NCBI GenBank assembly: GCA_902593675.1
Contig: CACJJI010000001.1
Span: 256,957-320,956, forward strand
Direction: 5' to 3'
DNA from: an uncultured SAR86 cluster bacterium
GTDB lineage: Bacteria; Pseudomonadota; Gammaproteobacteria; Magnimaribacterales; D2472
DNA length: 64,000 bases
Shown here: piece by piece, positions 31,223-40,337 of the stretch
Numbering within the stretch: the first letter of the stretch is position 1
How the letters are laid out: each line of letters starts with the position of its first letter
The notes under the pieces: generated by a model
Databases searched by the model: none
What the model was told of the DNA's origin: nothing
What the model saw: the letters and a program-made list of their open reading frames with translations, nothing else
Translations under genes and position numbers: made by a program

Positions 31223-32870
31223 CCATTGTATTTTTAGATGTATCTATTAAAACATGTTTCATTAATTTCCCAGAAGCATTTCTTGGTAAAGGTGTATCAA
31301 TTATTTTCCATTTAGAAGGTACTTTAAAATCCGCTAAATCTTTACCAACCCATACTGATAATTCAGAATCACTCAACTGAGAATTTTTAGTTGATACTAT
31401 CGCCATAACTTCTTGGCCCAAATCATCATGGGGTATACCAATCACAGCTGATTCCTCAACATCTTTATGAGAATCTAAAATTAATTCAATCTCTTGAGGA
31501 TAAACATTCTCAGCACCTCTTAAAATAAGATCTGTCCGTCTTGATGAGATGAAATAAAGCGAGCCTTTCTTATACCCCCAGTCTCCAGTGCGTAACCACC
31601 TATCACTAGTAAGAGCAGCCGCAGATGCTTCTGGGTTATTGTAATAACCAAGCATAACCGAGGGACTTTGGACATATATCTCACCTTCTACAGAATCTGC
31701 TGTAACTTTCTTACCCTCTTCATCTCTTAATTCAATTTTAATACTCGGCATGGATTGTCCGGGAGAAGAAGGTTCCTCTTTGAGGGTTTCCCCCCAATTA
31801 ATAATAGTTATAGCGCCTGATTCAGTGAGCCCGTAACCATAACCAAAACTGTACTCTGAGTTAGGGAAAACTCCCTTTGTCCTTTCGATTAGTTCAGGAG
31901 GCATAGGAGCTCCACCGCCACCAACAACTAAGACACTTTCAAGTTGCAAGCTTTTAGCTTCAGCCTCATCTAACAATCTCTTAAGCGCTGTTGGAACAGC
32001 CCCGCCCCAAGAGGTAACACTAAATTTTTGTATTAATTTAATTACCTTATCTGCTAAAAATCTTCCGTCATAAACCAGGGTTGTAGAGCCTGCAAATAAG
32101 CTGGTTACAGCACCTGCTGATAAACCAGAAACATGAAATAGAGGAGATGTGAGTAAGCTGGTTGGGGTGTTCTTTGACCAATCAATCCCGTAACTTGATG
32201 AATGTTGAGAAACAGCTGCACCTTGAAGCATCTGTAATGTTGAATTAGCGATCATGGATCGATGCGAGGTCATCACACCCTTAGGCGTTCCTGTTGTCCC
32301 TGAGGTATATAAAAGACAAGCACACTCATCTTCATCTATACGAACAAAAGACTTTAGTTCTTGTTCATATGAAGTTAAATCTAAATCCTCAAAAATTAAG
32401 GTTGGATGTTTTACTTGATCAGCAATTCTGTCAAACCTTTTTTGATCGCAAACTATTACATTAGGATCAGCAGCATCTATGGCCTTGATAGCTTCCGAGC
32501 CTTTCCACCACCCATTCAAACCACAAGCGATCGCACCAATGCTCACAGTAGCCCAGAAAAATATAATCCATTCAGGACAATTAGCAGCATAAATAGCAAC
32601 CCTGTCTCCAGGCTTAACATTATGTTGTGATTGCAAAATATGAGCTGCTTTTTTTACCAATGTTAGATGTTGCGTAAAACTGATAACTTTATCTTGATAG
32701 ATCAAATAAGGTTTTTCGCCATGACTTGCAGACAGCTCAATAAAATCCACCAATGATCTAGGTCGATTTTTAAAAACATCCATTTCTACACCAAGAACAT
32801 TTTCTCGATGAATTTCAAAAAAAGATTGGCTCTCTACTAGGGCTTGTATATATTTGTCAGAATGCATCAT
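31206..32870 (-). CDS. Acyl-CoA synthetase (AMP-forming, ANL superfamily)
   Basis: LLYTSGTTGTPKGV AMP-binding motif, YGLTE, TGDWGY, and a terminal PRNASGKLMK. Confidence 0.9.
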   Translation of the reverse strand: MMHSDKYIQALVESQSFFEIHRENVLGVEMDVFKNRPRSLVDFIELSASHGEKPYLIYQDKVISFTQHLTLVKKAAHILQSQHNVKPGDRVAIYAANCPEWIIFFWATVSIGAIACGLNGWWKGSEAIKAIDAADPNVIVCDQKRFDRIADQVKHPTLIFEDLDLTSYEQELKSFVRIDEDECACLLYTSGTTGTPKGVMTSHRSMIANSTLQMLQGAAVSQHSSSYGIDWSKNTPTSLLTSPLFHVSGLSAGAVTSLFAGSTTLVYDGRFLADKVIKLIQKFSVTSWGGAVPTALKRLLDEAEAKSLQLESVLVVGGGGAPMPPELIERTKGVFPNSEYSFGYGYGLTESGAITIINWGETLKEEPSSPGQSMPSIKIELRDEEGKKVTADSVEGEIYVQSPSVMLGYYNNPEASAAALTSDRWLRTGDWGYKKGSLYFISSRRTDLILRGAENVYPQEIELILDSHKDVEESAVIGIPHDDLGQEVMAIVSTKNSQLSDSELSVWVGKDLADFKVPSKWKIIDTPLPRNASGKLMKHVLIDTSKNTMVEEDE

Positions 32871-33031
32871 TGGGATTTTACTATCTTATAAATGCATCCA
32901 TCAATCAACGAGTATCGACTAGATTTTTTTTGTCAATGATTCTAAAAAATATTCCAACATTGTTCGTGAACTCATGATTCGTTATAGTTGATTAGATACA
33001 ATGAAAGAACTAAATTTTATATAGAAAGATC

Positions 33032-33796
33032 ATGGCAGATAAAAACACACGGCCATTAGCTGTAATCACAGGTGGCGCCTCAGGCATTGGCTTAAGTACG
33101 GTGAAGCGATTTTTAGATGAGGGCTATGAAGTACTGATACTCGATGCTAATAAAGATGCGGGAGAGAAATCAGTAAATAACCTTAAATCAGATACTTGCA
33201 ATATTAATTTTGCACATATCGATATTACAAACCATGCTCAAATAGATTCAGTTTTTGCCGACTTGCATGCTAACAATCGTCCAGCCCATGTACTAGTGAA
33301 TTGTGCCGGTATCAGCCCCGCCTTGAACCCCTTGCATCAATATTCAGTGGAGGAATGGCATAGAACCATCGATATTAATTTGCATGGTACTTTTTATGCC
33401 TGTCGAGAGTTCTTAAAACTGGCAACTGAGCAAAAGATTGATGCAGGAGCAATTGTAAATGTTGCCTCGATCATGGGAGTAAGAGCGAGTGGAGCCCAAG
33501 CACCCTATGCAGCATCGAAGCATGCAGTGGTGGGTTTAACCAAATCAATCGCTCAAGATTATGCCACCATGAACATCAGAGCCAATGCCATTGGTCCAGG
33601 TGTCATTGATACACCCATGAATACCGAATTAATGAAAGATGAAAACATCATGCAATACATGCTGCAACGCATTCCCATGAATCGAGTTGCAACATCAGAC
33701 GAAGTAGCCAACTTAATTTATTTCTTAGCATCATCCGAAGCATCTTATATAACTGGATCCTACTACCCTATTGATGGTGGGTATCTTGCAAGCTGA
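33032..33796 (+). CDS. Short-chain dehydrogenase/reductase
   Basis: TGGASGIG, NCAG, YAASKHA, PGVIDTP. Confidence 0.9.
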   Translation: MADKNTRPLAVITGGASGIGLSTVKRFLDEGYEVLILDANKDAGEKSVNNLKSDTCNINFAHIDITNHAQIDSVFADLHANNRPAHVLVNCAGISPALNPLHQYSVEEWHRTIDINLHGTFYACREFLKLATEQKIDAGAIVNVASIMGVRASGAQAPYAASKHAVVGLTKSIAQDYATMNIRANAIGPGVIDTPMNTELMKDENIMQYMLQRIPMNRVATSDEVANLIYFLASSEASYITGSYYPIDGGYLAS

Positions 33797-34610
33797 TATT
33801 TTTACCAACAAAACTGCTTTAATCACTGGCGCTGCCAGTGGCATTGGCAGAGGCCTAGCATTGCATGCTGCAAAACTTCAAATGAATGTTGTCTTAATGG
33901 ACCTCAACGCAGATGGTTTAAATGAGACCCATAGCCTTATGACTGAGTGTCCTTCCATGATCATCCATTGCGATGTATCTAACTTAGAAGACTTTTCAAA
34001 AGCGAAAGAAAAAATTGCAAGTGAGTTTGGCACAGTTCATTTCCTGTTTAATAACGCAGGAATCTTTTTAGAAGGTCGAGCCTGGAAAGCAGACCAAAAA
34101 AACTGGCAACGAATTATTGATGTAAATTTGATGAGTGTCATTTATGGCTTAAATCTGTTTGTTGATGAAATGGTTGCCAGCCAAGAGCGTTGTCACATTA
34201 TCAATACATCATCCATGGCAGGTATCATCGTTGGCCCTGCCCTTGCTCCTTATACAACCACTAAGCATGCAGTTGTCGGTTTAACCCGAACCTTGCACGA
34301 GGACCTAGCAGACAATGACAAAGTGGGAGTATCTGTGCTTTGCCCTGGATTAGTTCAAACCAACATCATTGAAAGAGATCACCTTGGCTTAGATCTTGAT
34401 GAATCCTCAATTGACCAACACGAAAGCGCCAAGAATAATGCTCAATGGCTTGCTGATGGTGTTAAAGAAGGCATGAGTCCTGAAGACTTAGCTACCATTG
34501 TTTTTAAGAAAATTGAAAACAATGAATTTTGGATATTGACTCATCCAGAGTTCGTAGGAGTTTACTCAGGTTACTCAACAGAACTTATTGAATCATCAAC
34601 CAAAGAATAA
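33771..34610 (+). CDS. Short-chain dehydrogenase/reductase
   Basis: TGAASGIG, NNAG, YTTTKHA. The start is ambiguous (ATG 33771/33774, GTG 33777, TTG 33786) and overlaps the upstream SDR. Confidence 0.85.
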   Translation: MMVGILQADIFTNKTALITGAASGIGRGLALHAAKLQMNVVLMDLNADGLNETHSLMTECPSMIIHCDVSNLEDFSKAKEKIASEFGTVHFLFNNAGIFLEGRAWKADQKNWQRIIDVNLMSVIYGLNLFVDEMVASQERCHIINTSSMAGIIVGPALAPYTTTKHAVVGLTRTLHEDLADNDKVGVSVLCPGLVQTNIIERDHLGLDLDESSIDQHESAKNNAQWLADGVKEGMSPEDLATIVFKKIENNEFWILTHPEFVGVYSGYSTELIESSTKE

Positions 34611-34613
34611 AAA

Positions 34614-35660
34614 CTACTTACTTTTATTAATTGATTTAAGAATGGGATTAAAAGGAACAATTTTAAAGTTTTGATTCTTCAGCTCTTCTCCATCATAGTT
34701 ATAACCGTCCTGAGCGACCATTAAACCCTTAGAAAATTTTCCTCTGAGATTGTAGTTTGTAACGTCAATGCCATCGGTTTCTGATGTGCCATCAATGCCT
34801 TTTGGGTCATCGTCAATGGTAAAACTTGAGATAAATTCGTGAGGATACATTCGATTATAAACGTTGTATTTATTATCTCCTTGGGATGAAAGTAAGATAT
34901 AGCCCTCTTTTTCAGAAGTTTTATAGATTGTAAGTCCCTCTGGATCACCGCCAATATTTCCCTCTCGAGAATCCACAATAAAGGGATTTTCAAATGGAAA
35001 TTCATTATTTAAGTTGTAGGCTTTTAAAACACCATTCACCTCTTCCTCTGAAATAAATACCGTCTTATTTTCATCATCAAAAACACAGCCTTCTGATTCA
35101 CCTCCATTGCTGAAAGTACCTATAAGTGTTCGAGTCTGAGGTACCCACAACTCAACTCGAGGACCTTTATCCTCTGTAATGAAAACGATCGGAACTCCAT
35201 CAATCAAGCCGGCACATATACCATAAACATCTATGTTAGTTTGAATGGTCATTGACCTAGCACCAATACCGAAAAGATTACCTGATTGCGGAAGATTATT
35301 AAAAAAATCTTGCTGATTAAATTCCCAAAACTCAATTGATTTAGCTGTTCTATTTGACGCAGCCACATAAATTTTATTATCAACCTGTCTTACATCAATA
35401 TTATTTATTTCACCCAGCGCATCATATGATATTTTTTTTCCAGAAAGATCATATGAATAAACTCCTGCTCGCTTATCAGTTCCAAGAATTATTGACTCCT
35501 TTGGGTTTCTATAATCAATAAGTATTGCCGGGTCATCTGCAGCATCGCCACTAGTTGTAACAGGATCCGTCTCAGCAATCGCAACGATAGAGTTATTATC
35601 GGAACAACCCACGAACAAGAAAATATTTAGTATTAGGGATAATTTTAGAAATTTAGACAT
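34614..35660 (-). CDS. Beta-propeller phytase (3-phytase, BPP family), predicted lipoprotein
   Basis: Lipobox LFVGC. Strong collinear similarity to Bacillus PhyC-type BPP (DDPAILIDYRNP, DPEGLTIY, IDGTSETDGIDV, VAQDG..NQNFKIVPF). Confidence 0.9.
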   Translation of the reverse strand: MSKFLKLSLILNIFLFVGCSDNNSIVAIAETDPVTTSGDAADDPAILIDYRNPKESIILGTDKRAGVYSYDLSGKKISYDALGEINNIDVRQVDNKIYVAASNRTAKSIEFWEFNQQDFFNNLPQSGNLFGIGARSMTIQTNIDVYGICAGLIDGVPIVFITEDKGPRVELWVPQTRTLIGTFSNGGESEGCVFDDENKTVFISEEEVNGVLKAYNLNNEFPFENPFIVDSREGNIGGDPEGLTIYKTSEKEGYILLSSQGDNKYNVYNRMYPHEFISSFTIDDDPKGIDGTSETDGIDVTNYNLRGKFSKGLMVAQDGYNYDGEELKNQNFKIVPFNPILKSINKSK

Positions 35661-35698
35661 ATTGGCATTATAACTCCAACGCTCTTGTATTTAAATTT

Positions 35699-36628
35699 TT
35701 AGAATTTGTGCTCTATACCAATTGAAAAAATATCTTTAGCTTTTCTTTTATTAGAAGACTCTAGTTGAGAATAGAATGCAAAGATCTTGGATGATTTCCT
35801 TAACTGATAATCGTAGCCGATTGTTGTATGCTTGCCTGAATCAATTTTCATGCTTGATGAGGCGCGCTGAATTTTGAATGTACCTTTTGGACCAATTCTT
35901 CTTGAGAAACTAATAACATGACCATTCTTTGTCATGCCCGAGGCAAGATTTTTAGTCTTCTGATTTAGCAGTCCGAGCTTTGATTTGTCTAGTGGGATTA
36001 AAATCGCGAGTCTTGAGGCGTCATACCCCTTCATTGAGTCGTCAACCCCAATAGCTGCTTGAAACAGATTTCCAGAAAAATTGACTGAGTAAGATCTATA
36101 CTTCTTGTCTGAAGATGAGGGATTCTTGATGGAATTGAATGTTGCAGAAATCTTACCCATATACTTTGGGGTCGTGTAACCAATAAAATCTTCTAAACGA
36201 TTTTCACCATGCAATATATTTTTTATGTCTGGAGCCAGGTCATTGAATAGATCTATTTTTAATTGAGATTTTTTGAAAGCGGAATCATGTGTACCAGCAA
36301 AAAGCATGCCGAAATCTGTTTGAATGCCAACAAAGGTATTTCGCTGCTTTAAGGTCCCATCATCGCCTCTCGCCTTTCCGTCAACGGGATCAAATTGATA
36401 CTCTGCTTGATAAACCAGCTTAAGGTTAGAGTCATTTGATAATAAGAAATTACCTTTAATGCCAAATCTTGAAGCATTATTTTTTACATCGGTTTTATTA
36501 CCATTTATATCATTTGAAATAGACTGATAATCTACAAATATCTTTCCATACCAATCATGGGATGCATAAAGCTGATTGTTAATTCCAAAGAATATAAACA
36601 ATAAAAGATTAAAAAATCTAATATTCAA
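35699..36628 (-). CDS. Outer-membrane porin (general Gram-negative porin fold)
   Basis: Signal peptide, YGKI..FGIKG N-terminal porin signature, alternating beta-strand pattern, and a C-terminal ..GIEHKF. Confidence 0.65.
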   Translation of the reverse strand: MNIRFFNLLLFIFFGINNQLYASHDWYGKIFVDYQSISNDINGNKTDVKNNASRFGIKGNFLLSNDSNLKLVYQAEYQFDPVDGKARGDDGTLKQRNTFVGIQTDFGMLFAGTHDSAFKKSQLKIDLFNDLAPDIKNILHGENRLEDFIGYTTPKYMGKISATFNSIKNPSSSDKKYRSYSVNFSGNLFQAAIGVDDSMKGYDASRLAILIPLDKSKLGLLNQKTKNLASGMTKNGHVISFSRRIGPKGTFKIQRASSSMKIDSGKHTTIGYDYQLRKSSKIFAFYSQLESSNKRKAKDIFSIGIEHKF

Positions 36629-36631
36629 TTT

Positions 36632-37882
36632 TTATACTCCAAAAACAATTCTTAATAAAACATAAAATAAGACTGTAAATGCAGCTCCAGCAGGTATTGT
36701 CACAAGCCAAGAAGCAATGATTCTTCTGATAGATGAAAAATCAAGATGCTCTGCTCCTTTGGCTAGACCAACACCTATTACCCCCCCAACCAATGTGTGA
36801 GTTGTTGAGATGGGAAACCCTAAATAGGATGCAGCTACAACTGTTGAAGCTGTAGCCATTTCTGCTGAGAATCCAAGGCTGGGTGTAAGAGCGGTAATTT
36901 TTCTGCCAACAGTTGTAATAACTCTTGATCCAAGAGTAGCTAAACCAAAAACTATACCAATAGCACCAACAAATAAAACCCAAGGGCTGATGGCTGCCTT
37001 TGAGCCAATTGCACCAGTATCAACAACGCTTACAATTGCAGCTAATGGACCTATTGCATTAGCAACATCATTAGAACCATGAGCAAATGCCATTGCACTA
37101 GCTGAAACAACCATAAGCAATCCAAATGCAAATTCGATACCCCCATCTCGCATGATCTGTTGTTTATTTCTTCTTAAGAAAAATGCTGTTGCCAGCCCAA
37201 CTATTGAGCTGAATATTGCAATAAATAAATAGACTTCATTATCTGTGAACTCAACTCCAACATGCTTTAAGCCCTTCCTTGCAGTAACCAGGGAAATGAC
37301 TACAGCAACAAGAAAGCTATAGAAAGGGATGTACCTTATCGCAGCTTCACCAGGATTAGATCTGTCTAAAATAAGTTTTTTAGCTGATATATATAGACCA
37401 AATGCTAAAGTGCCAGAAAATAGCGGAGAAGTAACCCAGCTCATAGCAATATTACCAACTTTTCCCCATGAAACTGCATCAACCCCTTTGGTAATTAGAA
37501 CAAAACCAACAATAGATCCAACAATTGTATGAGTAGTTGAAACAGGCCAGCCTCTTAAACTTGCAACATACAGCCAAGTTCCGCCAGCAAGAAGTGCCGA
37601 GAGCATACCAATAACAAAGATATTAGTTTCATCAACATATAACTCAGGATCTACAATCCCTTTTCTGATTGTCGATGTTACTTCACCACCAGCAAGAAAA
37701 GCGCCTAGAAATTCAAAAATTGCTGCAATAATAATTGCTTGTTTGATAGTGATGGCTCTACTACCTACTGAGGTTCCCATCGAATTAGCAACATCGTTTG
37801 CTCCAATGCCAAACGCCATGAAAAAGCCAATGAAACCAGCTATAAGTAAAATTGTGTAGGGTTCTAAAAATAAAGTTTCCAT
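36632..37882 (-). CDS. pitA: Inorganic phosphate transporter, PiT/PHO4 family
   Basis: Duplicated GANDVAN motifs (GIGANDVANSMGT and HGSNDVANAIGP). 416 aa, polytopic. Confidence 0.9.
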   Translation of the reverse strand: METLFLEPYTILLIAGFIGFFMAFGIGANDVANSMGTSVGSRAITIKQAIIIAAIFEFLGAFLAGGEVTSTIRKGIVDPELYVDETNIFVIGMLSALLAGGTWLYVASLRGWPVSTTHTIVGSIVGFVLITKGVDAVSWGKVGNIAMSWVTSPLFSGTLAFGLYISAKKLILDRSNPGEAAIRYIPFYSFLVAVVISLVTARKGLKHVGVEFTDNEVYLFIAIFSSIVGLATAFFLRRNKQQIMRDGGIEFAFGLLMVVSASAMAFAHGSNDVANAIGPLAAIVSVVDTGAIGSKAAISPWVLFVGAIGIVFGLATLGSRVITTVGRKITALTPSLGFSAEMATASTVVAASYLGFPISTTHTLVGGVIGVGLAKGAEHLDFSSIRRIIASWLVTIPAGAAFTVLFYVLLRIVFGV

Positions 37883-37995
37883 ATAAAAAATTTAATTAGT
37901 GAAAATATGGAATTTATTAGACTGTATTTATTTGAATGCTAAATTACTTTTAAGTAACAATTTAATATTTTTTTGCAACATTTCAAGGAAGATAA

Positions 37996-38023
37996 TGACT
38001 CTAAATTGTCACAAAGGTTCACA
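37996..38023 (-). promoter_or_regulatory. Weak second cluster of 11-bp-phased Pho-box-like half sites
   Basis: TGACTCT / TGTCACA / (G)TTCACA start at 37996, 38007 and 38017-38018, about 115-140 nt upstream of the pitA ATG. Only the middle repeat is a good match. Confidence 0.25.
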
Positions 38024-38200
38024 GCTTGGTAACTGCTAATTATGATGGAATTTTATTATTTATGAGAAATAAATAACTGCAGATAAAACTACCCACATTG
38101 ATAGAAATCCAAACATTTGCATTTCATTAAATTTGGATGTTTTTGGAAGCAAACCCTGCTGCTTAAGTACTTTTTTTGTATTCATAATTCTAGTTTCTTT

Positions 38201-38233
38201 TGTGACACATTAATGTCACACAAATGACACAAT
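38201..38233 (-). promoter_or_regulatory. Putative Pho box: three TG(A/T)CACA repeats at exact 11-bp spacing
   Basis: Cores lie at 38203-38209, 38214-38220 and 38225-38231. On the minus strand they read GTGTCAT / GTGACAT / GTGTCAC, against the PhoB half-site CTGTCAY. A TAGAAT -10 hexamer (38192-38187) lies 8 nt downstream on the minus strand, and there is no -35, as in Pho promoters. Confidence 0.5.
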
Positions 38234-38301
38234 ACACTAACTTATTGATAATTGCTACATTTATTTGTTTTTTTTACAACAAATGTCGATAATAAGAAAT
38301 C

Positions 38302-38895
38302 ATGCAAAAACCCAAGCAAAAAAGAAGTATAGAGCGGATTAAGAAGATCTTAGATGCGTCCAATGATCTTTTGAATGAAGGCGGTATTGAATCTCTCTCG
38401 ATTGCAAAAATTTCTGAATTTGCAAATTTAAAACGTACCTCTACATATAAATTCTTTGAAACTCCAGATGAAATCAAGCAGGCCTTAATTAAGAGATATG
38501 TTCAGAATTGCAATACACATCTTAAAAAAAATCTAACCAAAAATTCAGAGGGTGATTATTCAACATGTTTAAGGGAATGTGTTCTCTCGATCATTGAATT
38601 CTTTCAAGCTAATATAGGCGCACAAAAGCTAATCCTTGAAAACACTGTCTCCCCTCCTATCTTGAGTTCAGATCTGCATGAGATAGCAGAAACAATATTG
38701 CAACACATAGAACAATCTATTGGGCTGCCAAATATGTTTAATAAATCAGGAGTCTTTTTGGTCGTGACTCAAATTATTGTCTCTATCCTCTCATTGAACA
38801 CCAAAGAAAATTCAGGGCTTACGGATGTGGGACTTAATGAAGCAGTTCGAGCTGCTAATGCCTATCTTTTAAGTTGTATTGCAACACCCGCTTAA
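38302..38895 (+). CDS. TetR-family transcriptional regulator
   Basis: N-terminal TetR HTH (SLSIAKISEFANLKRTSTYKFF) and a helical C-terminal ligand domain. 197 aa. Confidence 0.8.
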   Translation: MQKPKQKRSIERIKKILDASNDLLNEGGIESLSIAKISEFANLKRTSTYKFFETPDEIKQALIKRYVQNCNTHLKKNLTKNSEGDYSTCLRECVLSIIEFFQANIGAQKLILENTVSPPILSSDLHEIAETILQHIEQSIGLPNMFNKSGVFLVVTQIIVSILSLNTKENSGLTDVGLNEAVRAANAYLLSCIATPA

Positions 38896-39374
38896 GGGCT
38901 GCCTGCGAAAATTACCTTAAGCAATTCTTCTTCTATTTGAAGATTCAAGGAGGAGCGCCCTAAAAATGTGGTTTCTTTGATTAACCATTGATTATCAATT
39001 TTTTGATACACATCATGATACTCACCCTGCAAGGTTGTGATTGATGAGGTTTCTGTATTTATTAAATTATAGGTAAGCGACCAATGGCCTGATGCATGGG
39101 TGGCATCAATGATTTGAATAATTGGATTGTGTGCATGATGAGATTCAAGCATGTAGTCATGGCATGCGGCCTCTTGAAAAACTTTTGCTAGATCATCTCT
39201 ATTTGTAAAAGAGCCCACTGGTCCATAATCAATTTTGCAATCGGAGATAACAAAGGTTCCAATCATAGCTTGCACATCTTTAGCATCACAGGCATTAAGA
39301 TATGTATGTTTTAAATGTTGGATAGCTAAAATATCCTCTAGCTCTTGAACACGTTTTTCTAGATCTTTACTCAC
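38892..39374 (-). CDS. NTF2/SnoaL-like fold protein
   Basis: LEDILAIQHLKHTYLNACD N-terminus and a DNQWLIKETTF strand, typical of SnoaL-like proteins. Convergent with tetR, with a 4-nt overlap. Confidence 0.5.
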   Translation of the reverse strand: MSKDLEKRVQELEDILAIQHLKHTYLNACDAKDVQAMIGTFVISDCKIDYGPVGSFTNRDDLAKVFQEAACHDYMLESHHAHNPIIQIIDATHASGHWSLTYNLINTETSSITTLQGEYHDVYQKIDNQWLIKETTFLGRSSLNLQIEEELLKVIFAGSP

Positions 39375-39500
39375 TAGGATATATTAATACTTTTATGATC
39401 TCATGATAAATTTTTATTATTCTTGGGTTCATAAATACAATCTCAAGATACAATATCCCCCTAAGCAAACTCTTTATAAATAAGGACTTTAACAAATTTT

Positions 39501-40337
39501 ATGCTCATTTCGTTTGATCAAAAGGAATATCAAAAACTCAACGATAAATCCTATCAACTTGAAAAAAGAAGATTGCAAATTGAACTGCTTAAACTACAAG
39601 AAGATGTCATTAAAAACAAACGAAGAATTTGCATTGTTTTAGAAGGTAGAGACACTGCGGGAAAAAGCTCTGCCTACAAATTTTTTACTCAATACTTAAT
39701 TCCAAAAAACTTTAAGTATGTGAATCTTGGCATCCCAACTAAATGGGAATCCTCACATTGGTTTCAACGCTGGAAAAAAGTAATTCCTAAAAAAGGCGAA
39801 ATTGCCTTTTTAGATAGATCTTGGTACACACGAGCTTTAACAGAGCCAGTTATGGGCTATTGTAGCGAGAAGCAATATAGAGATTTTATGAATCGAGTAA
39901 TCCCATGGGAGCAAAACCTTATTGATGATGGTGTTGAGATTATTAAATTTTATTTTTCACTATCACAGGATCAACAGAAAAGACGAATGAAGGCTCGCAA
40001 GCATTCTGAACTAAAGTATTGGAAGCTCTCCCCCAATGATGAACGCATCGTTACTAAATGGGATGCTTTTACACTATATAAGGAACAAATGTTTGAGAAG
40101 ACTTCTCCTGATTTCTCTCCATGGATTGCAATCAACGCAAATAATAAAATGATCGCGCGCTTAACCGCATTAAGATTCTTGCTGAACCAAACAGATTACG
40201 AGGAGAAAAAACTTCTTAAACCTCTGACTTGGTCTAAAAATATTAATAACTATAAAGTCTTGTTAGAAGGAGTTGAGTTCAATAATTTGGACTATGAGCA
40301 ATACAAGGTTTTAAGTAAATACATGGATGATGAGTAA
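39501..40337 (+). CDS. ppk2: Polyphosphate kinase 2 (single-domain PPK2)
   Basis: Walker A EGRDTAGKSS, a DRSWYTRA lid motif, and a KLSPNDE block. Confidence 0.85.
   Translation: MLISFDQKEYQKLNDKSYQLEKRRLQIELLKLQEDVIKNKRRICIVLEGRDTAGKSSAYKFFTQYLIPKNFKYVNLGIPTKWESSHWFQRWKKVIPKKGEIAFLDRSWYTRALTEPVMGYCSEKQYRDFMNRVIPWEQNLIDDGVEIIKFYFSLSQDQQKRRMKARKHSELKYWKLSPNDERIVTKWDAFTLYKEQMFEKTSPDFSPWIAINANNKMIARLTALRFLLNQTDYEEKKLLKPLTWSKNINNYKVLLEGVEFNNLDYEQYKVLSKYMDDE

Noticed and set aside
39375-39500. Direct repeats (ATGAT-CTC-ATGAT; ATACAAT x2) upstream of ppk2, considered as regulator sites or a Pho box.
   Set aside because: The repeats are short and AT-rich, show no 11-bp-phased TGTCA cores, and match no known consensus.
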